The translations under genes were made by a program, and so were the position numbers. Positions 41,520-47,970 of a DNA stretch of 64,000 bases are shown in pieces (the stretch's first letter is position 1; every line of letters begins with the position of its first letter). The stretch lies in NCBI GenBank assembly GCA_944362545.1, contig CALVTJ010000001.1:64500-128499 (forward strand). The letters are read 5' to 3'. The stretch is from an uncultured Clostridia bacterium (GTDB taxonomy: Bacteria; Bacillota; Clostridia; Christensenellales; UBA1242). Below the pieces are notes generated by a model. It did not search any database, was not told where the DNA came from, and was given only the letters and a program-made list of their open reading frames with translations.

Positions 41520-42128
41520 CTATTCATCCTTGTTTGATGTTTCAGCATCAATCTTTTTGCGCACCTCTTCCATTTCTTTGTCGATGTTTTCGCTTGAGAG
41601 TTCATCCTGTGAAGCCTGTTCCATGATAAACTTTTCAAGTTCTTCATCTGACATCTGCTTTCCACTCTTGTCGACACCTTGATTGTAAAAGGTCTCCTGA
41701 CTCATCTCCATAAAGTTGTCCATTTGGTCGGTTTGAATTTCCACCGCTGCCATAGCCTCTTCAAATTGCGCCTGAATCTTTGCAAATTCTTTCGCATCAG
41801 CAAGTTTTGTCATCTCTTTGCTGATTTCACTCATTCCACGCAAAAATTCGGATGTCATCATGGTCACATCCTTCATCTGTGCGGTAATTTCAAAGTTCAA
41901 AAGCATCTCTTGTGCGCGCTTTTGTTGTTGGAGTGTCATTTTGTAGCCACTGAGTGCCAACTTAAACTGTGCGTCAAGCCCTTTAAGTTTTGCTCTCTTT
42001 GCCGCATCAATAAACACCTGCTTTTGGTCTTCAAGTCTGTTGATTTGCTTGTTCATTGAATTGATTGTGCGCTTGATAAGCATCTTCTTTTCAATTTCTT
42101 TTTGTTGTTTTGATTTAAAAAGTCCCAT
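41520..42128 (-). CDS. ESCRT-III (Snf7/CHMP)-like protein, CHMP2/3-like paralog
   Basis: The 202-aa all-helical ORF starts MGLFKSKQQKE..., like CHMP3 MGLFGK (from memory). It has a basic N-terminal half and an acidic C-terminal half. ...DAAKRAKLKG...FEITAQMKDVTMMTSEFLRGMSEISKEMTKLADAKEFAKIQAQFEEAMAAVEIQTDQMDNFME... aligns by eye with CHMP2/3 core helices. The tail SENIDKEMEEVRK is MIM1-like. A GGAGG RBS is present. Confidence 0.65.
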   Translation of the reverse strand: MGLFKSKQQKEIEKKMLIKRTINSMNKQINRLEDQKQVFIDAAKRAKLKGLDAQFKLALSGYKMTLQQQKRAQEMLLNFEITAQMKDVTMMTSEFLRGMSEISKEMTKLADAKEFAKIQAQFEEAMAAVEIQTDQMDNFMEMSQETFYNQGVDKSGKQMSDEELEKFIMEQASQDELSSENIDKEMEEVRKKIDAETSNKDE

Positions 42129-42131
42129 TTT

Positions 42132-42746
42132 TTATTCCTCCATTTTTGCTTTTTTCTTTTTTTGTGGTTCTTCTTTTTCTATTTCTTGTGAGAGTTCTTG
42201 TTCTTCATCAAGTTGATTTTCTTTTTCAAACATACTCAAAATTTCTTCTTCACTCTTTCCAACTCCATAGATTGGTTGATTTGTCTCATATGCCGATTGC
42301 ACTTCGTTGAAAAGTTCATCCGCACTTGTCAAAACATCTTCGCTGGAGATTCTCGTTTCAAGTGCTTTGTTTAAAAATTTGGCAAGTTGTTTCTGGTCAT
42401 GCAAAAGTTCGCTGAGAGGAACTTTGGTCTGCGTCTTGAAAAAAGTGTTGCTGTCATAGGCATCTTTGAGTTTGTTCATCAACCTTATGTTGTACAGCAA
42501 ATACATCCCCCTTTCCATGCAAGTTTGCTTTTCTTCGTTTAAGTGAGCAATCTTTTTGGCAATGAAAAGTTGCAAATCGCGGTTCTTTTCATGCTTCCCC
42601 TTTTCCACTAAAGCATCAATCTCTTTGATTTTTTGATAAACTTCCGCCTCCGCTGTGCGTTCTTGGCGTTCAAGTTCCAAAATTGAATTGACAAGGTCCT
42701 CGCGCTTTATGTTCTTAAATTTGTTTCGTCTAAATGGCCACCACAT
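42132..42746 (-). CDS. ESCRT-III (Snf7/CHMP4)-like protein, second paralog
   Basis: The 204-aa helical ORF has the N-terminus MWWPFRRNKF (compare yeast Snf7 MWSSLFGW, from memory). ...LELERQERTAEAEVYQKIKEIDALVEKGKHEKNRDLQLFIAKKIAHLNEEKQ... follows the Snf7 helix-1/2 pattern, and the tail is acidic. An AAGGAG RBS is present. Confidence 0.55.
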   Translation of the reverse strand: MWWPFRRNKFKNIKREDLVNSILELERQERTAEAEVYQKIKEIDALVEKGKHEKNRDLQLFIAKKIAHLNEEKQTCMERGMYLLYNIRLMNKLKDAYDSNTFFKTQTKVPLSELLHDQKQLAKFLNKALETRISSEDVLTSADELFNEVQSAYETNQPIYGVGKSEEEILSMFEKENQLDEEQELSQEIEKEEPQKKKKAKMEE

Positions 42747-42760
42747 TTGCCTTTCTCCTT

Positions 42761-43120
42761 TTAATAATTATCGCCTATATTTATCGTTCGAATCCTTTCA
42801 AGCAGTCCTTCGTATATCTTCTTTTGATTTTCATCCGCAACTTCCAACGCTTTTTCACATTCCGGCAAGTAAATCGCCATTTTGTAAGTCATTGGATTGG
42901 AGTAGAGTTCATCCTCATTTCTGAGTTGAAATTTGACAAGCATAAGTCCCCACCAAGCATCCGCACATTTGTCATCATATTGCAATGCAAGGTCAAAATT
43001 GATTTTTGCCTGTTCAAACATTCCATCGGCAAGGTTTAAATAACCAAGTTTAAGTTCGTTCAACACTTTGATTTTTTCACTTTCCGGCAAGTTTGAAGAT
43101 GTTTGATAAGTCCTTTTCAT
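42761..43120 (-). CDS. Small TPR-repeat protein
   Basis: The 119-aa ORF has a TPR-like segment, GMFEQAKINFDLALQYDDKCADAWWGLMLVKFQ. Its start overlaps the upstream stop (ATGA). Confidence 0.55.
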   Translation of the reverse strand: MKRTYQTSSNLPESEKIKVLNELKLGYLNLADGMFEQAKINFDLALQYDDKCADAWWGLMLVKFQLRNEDELYSNPMTYKMAIYLPECEKALEVADENQKKIYEGLLERIRTINIGDNY

Positions 43121-43521
43121 TCAGCCTGTTCTTCCTTTTTTCTTTGCACTATATATGCTTCAATCTCTTCAAGCACACGAAAACAAGTCTCTTGCGTGTT
43201 GTCTTTTGCCACCATGATTTTCAGGTCATCAAGTTTGTTTGCAATTTTGTTGTCAATCAAAAGCACCTTTGAATTTGTGGTTGGATTGAAAAAACGAATA
43301 TTGTCTTTCACTTCAACAAGCCTGTTGCAAAGAGTGTCATTTCCGTTTGCATAAACCAAAATGCTCTCCACATTTGCCACCATGTTTTCGATATTCTTTT
43401 TGTTTCTAACAATCCCCCGACTGCCTTCTTCTTTTTCATTTTTCTTGCCATATTCTCGCCAAATATAGAAAATTGCCAAGCCGACCACCGCCAACAGAAT
43501 GATTATATAAAACGCTATCAT
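43117..43521 (-). CDS. Single-pass membrane protein with cytoplasmic helical domain
   Basis: The 134-aa ORF has an N-terminal TM helix, IAFYIIILLAVVGLAIFYIW. It is joined to both neighbours by ATGA overlaps. Confidence 0.5.
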   Translation of the reverse strand: MIAFYIIILLAVVGLAIFYIWREYGKKNEKEEGSRGIVRNKKNIENMVANVESILVYANGNDTLCNRLVEVKDNIRFFNPTTNSKVLLIDNKIANKLDDLKIMVAKDNTQETCFRVLEEIEAYIVQRKKEEQAE

Positions 43522-44360
43522 ACATCCTCCTTTGAAAGTTTTTCACCACAAGATGAACAAAACTTGGCATCATCTGGATTTTCCGCAAAACACTTTGGAC
43601 ATTTTTTGCCGATTTCCACACGATTTCCACAAACCGAACAGAATTTGTCGTTCTCTTTCAAAACCGCTCCACATTTTCGGCAGACAAAGTTGTCTGTCTT
43701 TTTGATTTGTTTGTAAGCCCTGTCAAGTTTGTCACAGTCCTCTTTTTCAATGATAATGTTTGCAATATTGAAAGAAAAAACCGTGATGCCATACTCGCTC
43801 AAAAGGTTTTGCCCAAGAATGCGCAAAACCTTGTTTGCAATTTCTTTTTTGCAGAGAGTCAGTTGGTTGAAAAGCACCTTGTTTTGTTCGACATAGTTTG
43901 TCACAACATCTTCCAAAATCGACACAACATTTGACATAAGTCGCTCTTGCAAGACATCACTTGTCAGATCGTTTGCCACACCAACAAGATAGAGATAACA
44001 CTTTCTCGGGTCTCCAATCTGCACTTCAAAATCTCCACTCATGCCCACATGATAATTTTCTTGCAAAAGGCCATCGAACATCAAAAACTTGTTTGCCGTG
44101 CCCCACAAAAGTTTGAGTTTCGCGGTTTTCGACATGAACAGAATTTCGATTTTGCAGTCGCTTTCGGTTTTGATATCAACAAACTGTGTGATGAGATATT
44201 TTCCAGATGAGAGTGTTTGAAGCATCTGCCCATCCTTAACCAAAATGGCATTATGTGTTTCTGGCACAATAAGTGTCACCTTTGGGTTTAGATTGTTTAC
44301 AACAATTCTCGAAAACAACTGCTGATTGTTTCCTGTGAAGGTAATAAGATTTTGTTCCAT
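43518..44360 (-). CDS. YdjI/COG4260-like SPFH-type protein with two C-terminal zinc ribbons
   Basis: The N-terminal region (...LIVPETHNAILVKDGQMLQTLSSGKYLI...) resembles the 'virion core protein-like'/SPFH family that includes B. subtilis YdjI. The C-terminus has CRKCGAVL..CSVCGN and CPKCFAEN..CSSCGE. The ATG at 44360 lies 8 nt after AAGGA. Confidence 0.6.
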   Translation of the reverse strand: MEQNLITFTGNNQQLFSRIVVNNLNPKVTLIVPETHNAILVKDGQMLQTLSSGKYLITQFVDIKTESDCKIEILFMSKTAKLKLLWGTANKFLMFDGLLQENYHVGMSGDFEVQIGDPRKCYLYLVGVANDLTSDVLQERLMSNVVSILEDVVTNYVEQNKVLFNQLTLCKKEIANKVLRILGQNLLSEYGITVFSFNIANIIIEKEDCDKLDRAYKQIKKTDNFVCRKCGAVLKENDKFCSVCGNRVEIGKKCPKCFAENPDDAKFCSSCGEKLSKEDV

Positions 44361-44377
44361 CAAAAAATCCTTTTTGC

Positions 44378-44432
44378 AAGAAGATATACTTCTTCACTTA
44401 AAATTATAGCAAAAAGATTTTTCAAAAGTCAA
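44378..44432 (-). promoter_or_regulatory. Candidate promoter of the 7-gene operon (TTGACT-18-TGcTATAAT) with a 5'-UTR inverted repeat
   Basis: On the reverse strand, TTGACT is at 44432-44427, the spacer is 18 nt with a TG extension, and TATAAT is at 44408-44403. A perfect inverted repeat AAGAAG-ATATA-CTTCTT at 44378-44394 lies between the predicted TSS and the RBS. Confidence 0.45.
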
Positions 44433-44553
44433 AGGAAGTGCGAAATTAACCGAATTTTATGCGTTTTTCTTTGCTAAAATTGAAAAGAAAGTGATAAAAT
44501 AAGCATGTAAAAATCAAAGACAGACAATTGTCTTGTGTTTTTGGAGGAAAATA

Positions 44554-45345
44554 ATGAAAAGAATCGCACTTATCACCGGAGCATCTTCCGGCATGGGAAA
44601 AAGATTTTGTTTTGAAATTGACAAACTCGGTCTTGATGAAATTTGGGGAGTTGCTCTCAAAACCGATGAGGTTGAAAAGATGGCAACAGACCTGAAAACT
44701 CCCTTCAAATTTTTTGACCTTGATTTAACAAAGGAAGAGAGTTTCTCCAGCCTTGAGGAAGAACTTAAAAAAGAAAATATTGTCATTGATTGGCTTGTCA
44801 ACGCCAGCGGTTATGGCAAATTTGGCAGATATGATGAAATTAACATTCCTGCTCAACTTGGCATGATTGACTTAAACTGCAAGGCACTCACTCACTTGAC
44901 TTTGATTGCTCTTCCATTTATGCAAACAGGTGGAAGAATTGTGGAAATCGCATCAATCGCCGCCTTCCAGCCGATTCCTTATCTTGCCGTTTATGGTGCA
45001 AGCAAGGCATATGTGCTTTCTTATTCAAGAGCGCTGAATCACGAACTAAAATCACGCAAAATCAGCGTAAGTTGCCTTTGCCCATATTGGACTAAAACAC
45101 CATTTTTTGACAGAGCAACCAAAACTAACAGCAAACAACAAGTTGTCACCAAATATGTGGCAATGTATGACCCAGACAAAGTTGTAAAAGCCGGCATGAA
45201 AGGCGCAAAGAAGAGAAAGGAAGTGATTTTGTATGGTTTTATCTCCAAAATTCAAACCTTCTTTGTCAAACTAATGCCACACAGATTTGTTATGTGGGTT
45301 TGGGAAAGACAACAAAAATTTAAGAAAAAGTATAAAGACAGATAA
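44554..45345 (+). CDS. SDR-family short-chain dehydrogenase/reductase
   Basis: MKRIALITGASSGMGKRF carries the TGxxxGxG motif, YGASKAY carries the catalytic YxxxK, and NASG is present. The start at 44554 lies 7 nt after GGAGG. Confidence 0.85.
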   Translation: MKRIALITGASSGMGKRFCFEIDKLGLDEIWGVALKTDEVEKMATDLKTPFKFFDLDLTKEESFSSLEEELKKENIVIDWLVNASGYGKFGRYDEINIPAQLGMIDLNCKALTHLTLIALPFMQTGGRIVEIASIAAFQPIPYLAVYGASKAYVLSYSRALNHELKSRKISVSCLCPYWTKTPFFDRATKTNSKQQVVTKYVAMYDPDKVVKAGMKGAKKRKEVILYGFISKIQTFFVKLMPHRFVMWVWERQQKFKKKYKDR

Positions 45346-45426
45346 ACTTCTCATAAGTCGAACAAAAAAAGAACACTCTCTCAGTGTTCTTTTTTTACGA
45401 GCGAATTTCTGTGCTTATAATTTGCT

Positions 45427-46677
45427 TTACACATCTACAAAAGTGGAAAAATTTGGAAAGATAATGCCTTCCACTGTGGAGCGATACCACTCTTCAACCC
45501 CATCGGTTATTGCAGAATATTCCACCAACTCTCCATATGCAAAGGCATAAGAATGTGTAGAAACGCTGACTTGACTAGGTGTGTTGATGTTTATCGTAAT
45601 TGAGTAAGTCGTCACATCTTCTTCAATAGAATAATCATAAATTATGTCGATTCCTTCTTGGCTTTCTGCGGAATCCAAGAAATTTAATTCATTCAAAATA
45701 TAATTTCCAAAATCGTATCCGCCTTCATTTGTGGTGTCAAAAATTGCACCATTAACAGCATTATATACCGGTCTGAAGAGTTCATCATCTGAACTTACAT
45801 CAGCAAAATTCCTTTTAATTTGTTGTGCGCCATCATCCATATAAAGCACACCATTCAAAAGCCAAGCATGAACGCCGTTTTCATTTTCAACATCAACCGC
45901 GTCCTGTCCATCTATTCTCTCAACTCTGCCACTTATACGCCCATTTGAATTTCGACTGAAATCATATTGTGTCCATGTGCAATTTGAATTTGAAACAACA
46001 TATGCAATGTAGTCCGCATCGACAGTGTATGGATTGTATTGTGTCAAGTCCGGAAAGTTTATCTCTCCATCAAAACTTTCAAGATTGACTTGTGATTCAA
46101 CTTCTCCGCCGGATGTTGAAGCATATGACATTCTGTCAAGAACATCGTTTTCATATGTCAAAACCGTTGATTGTATCCACTCATTTTCTCCACTGCCAGA
46201 TGTGCCAACAATGGTGATGGTTGTGGTAGTTCCTTGCTGTGCAAATTGCACTTCAACATCCATGCCTTGTGACTCTATTATGCCATTTATTTCATCTGAC
46301 AAATCGCCCTGATAGTTGTAAATATGTGAAACATTGCCAATAAGCAAATTAAATTCACTTTCGCTCAAATAATACTTTTCTTCGGCAAGTTGGAAATAGA
46401 CAACACCCTCTGTGATATAGACTTGCCCTGTTGAGCCATTATACAAGTCAGTTGTGGTGACCGCATCCACATTGTCACCTTTGACAACAACTGTCGTTTC
46501 AACTGTCTCGCCGTTTGTGGTCTCGGTGACCTTATAGCCAGAAAATTCGGATACAACATTTTCTCTCATCACATAATCACGAGCCTTGTCTCCAGCCGAT
46601 TGCCCGCACGCTGTCAAAGCAATTCCACCGACCAACACCATGACACTGCAAGCAAGCATTGACAAAATCTTTTTCAT
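45427..46677 (-). CDS. Hypothetical lipoprotein
   Basis: The signal peptide and lipobox read MKKILSMLACSVMVLVGGIALTAC GQS. The ATG at 46677 lies 6 nt after GGAGG. Confidence 0.6.
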   Translation of the reverse strand: MKKILSMLACSVMVLVGGIALTACGQSAGDKARDYVMRENVVSEFSGYKVTETTNGETVETTVVVKGDNVDAVTTTDLYNGSTGQVYITEGVVYFQLAEEKYYLSESEFNLLIGNVSHIYNYQGDLSDEINGIIESQGMDVEVQFAQQGTTTTITIVGTSGSGENEWIQSTVLTYENDVLDRMSYASTSGGEVESQVNLESFDGEINFPDLTQYNPYTVDADYIAYVVSNSNCTWTQYDFSRNSNGRISGRVERIDGQDAVDVENENGVHAWLLNGVLYMDDGAQQIKRNFADVSSDDELFRPVYNAVNGAIFDTTNEGGYDFGNYILNELNFLDSAESQEGIDIIYDYSIEEDVTTYSITININTPSQVSVSTHSYAFAYGELVEYSAITDGVEEWYRSTVEGIIFPNFSTFVDV

Positions 46678-46775
46678 CACTAACCTCCCATCCTTACGAT
46701 TATCTTAACATTTTAATCTTGTTTTTGGCAACAAAAAAAACACATCAAAATTGATGTGCTTTTTGCGTTTGATTT

Positions 46776-47339
46776 TTATTCAAAAAGTGCTGAAAAGTCG
46801 ATTGTGTAAACAACTGTTGTTGAGGTTTCGCCTTCTTCAACAGGGTTTGTCACTTCACATCTCCAAACTCTGTCTTCTGTATGGAGTGGAGTTTCTCCAT
46901 TTGTAAGTCCCAAAACAAATTCCTTTTTCCCTTCTGTTCCATCATAATCTTTGTGACTTCCTTCGCCTTCGCCAAATTCTTCATCAGCGGAAGTTCTCCA
47001 GCCAGTCAAAAGAGTTGCACCTGTTTCCATTTTGATGCTGATAATCACATATTTGGAACCTTCAGCAACGCTTCCCCATTTTTTACCTTGTTCTGCTGTC
47101 ATAATGGCAGCACTGCCTTCTGCTTTATAGTTGTTGTCTCCAAGGTATGTAAGTTTGAAGTCATCTGCATTCTTCCAATCTGTCAATCCTTGAAATTCCA
47201 CTGTTTCATCAGTTGGTGTTGCAACCACATTATCGTTTGTTTTTGTTCCACCGCAAGAAGCCAAAAGCACACCACCGACAAGCACCATAACAACGCAAGC
47301 AAAAATTGATAAAAATCTTTTCATTGTTAAACTTTTCAT
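46776..47339 (-). CDS. Hypothetical lipoprotein
   Basis: The signal peptide and lipobox read ...FLSIFACVVMVLVGGVLLASC GG. A strong AGGAGG RBS precedes the start. The promoter contains a C9 tract (see findings). Confidence 0.6.
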   Translation of the reverse strand: MKSLTMKRFLSIFACVVMVLVGGVLLASCGGTKTNDNVVATPTDETVEFQGLTDWKNADDFKLTYLGDNNYKAEGSAAIMTAEQGKKWGSVAEGSKYVIISIKMETGATLLTGWRTSADEEFGEGEGSHKDYDGTEGKKEFVLGLTNGETPLHTEDRVWRCEVTNPVEEGETSTTVVYTIDFSALFE

Positions 47340-47361
47340 ATTTCCCTCCTAAAACGTTCTC

Positions 47362-47390
47362 AGTCTAGCATGGGGGGGGGAATTTGTCAA
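47362..47390 (-). promoter_or_regulatory. Candidate promoter TTGACA-17-TAGACT whose spacer contains a C9 (G9 on +) homopolymer
   Basis: The reverse strand reads TTGACA AATT CCCCCCCCC ATGC TAGACT. The -35 is at 47390-47385, the homopolymer at 47380-47372, and the -10 at 47367-47362. The unit lies 22 nt upstream of the lipoprotein ATG at 47339. Confidence 0.5.
47372..47380. repeat. G9:C9 homopolymeric tract
   Basis: The tract is read directly as t-ggggggggg-a. It is the only G/C run of this length that I saw in the window. Confidence 0.95.
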
Positions 47391-47579
47391 ATGATTTTCA
47401 AAGGTTGCAAATTTTTCTTTTCCCCCACCACCCTTCAATATTATTTTCGACAAAAAATCTCTTTTTATGCAAAAAATCTTTTTTGTGTGACATTTTTGAA
47501 TGGTTTTTAATACATTGTTAATGTGCAGGTGTTTTGCACAACAAAAGTCGTACATAAAGAAAAATTTTAGGAGGCACAA

Positions 47580-47783
47580 ATGAACTTTTTCGGAGGCTCA
47601 AACTGTGGCGATGTTGGCAGAGATTGCAACAGCATGGACTGCTGCTCTCTCATCTTCTTGCTTTTGCTCTTGCAAAATTGCGGTTGCGGTTTTGGCGGAA
47701 TGAAGGGCGGAGAAATTTGCATTGACTGCGGAACACTCTTGTTTTTGATTTTGCTTTCAAACTGTGGCGGTTGCAACAAATAA
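47580..47783 (+). CDS. 67-aa Cys/Gly-rich small hydrophobic protein with internal tandem repeat
   Basis: An AGGAGG RBS lies 6 nt upstream of the ATG, and a strong terminator follows directly. The sequence is MNFFGGSNCGDVGRDCNSMDCCSLIFLLLLLQNCGCGFGGMKGGEICIDCGTLLFLILLSNCGGCNK. It contains 12 Cys residues and two C..L(I/L)FL(L/I)LL.NCG(C/G)(G/C) units. Confidence 0.6.
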   Translation: MNFFGGSNCGDVGRDCNSMDCCSLIFLLLLLQNCGCGFGGMKGGEICIDCGTLLFLILLSNCGGCNK

Positions 47784-47799
47784 GTTCACCACATAAAAA

Positions 47800-47846
47800 G
47801 AAAACTCTCAACAGACAAAATTTGAGGGTTTTCTTTTGTTTTTTCT
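47800..47846 (+). terminator. Rho-independent terminator of the Cys-rich peptide gene
   Basis: The 12-bp stem is GAAAACTCTCAA / TTGAGGGTTTTC (47800-47811 / 47822-47833, one G:U), followed by TTTTGTTTTTT. Confidence 0.7.
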
Positions 47847-47970
47847 CATCTTTTTCATGTTTAGGCGAACATTTAGGCGAAAATAAAGAAAAGATTTTCA
47901 TCTTTTTGTTTACTTTTTTCTTTTTTTATAGTAAAATGTTTCATAATAAGTAGCAAAAGGAGAAAACATC

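Noticed and set aside
47567-47901. Minus-strand ORFs (70 aa and 83 aa) overlapping the Cys-rich peptide gene
   Set aside because: The plus-strand peptide has a strong RBS and its own terminator, whereas the minus-strand ORFs have neither and run through the terminator hairpin.
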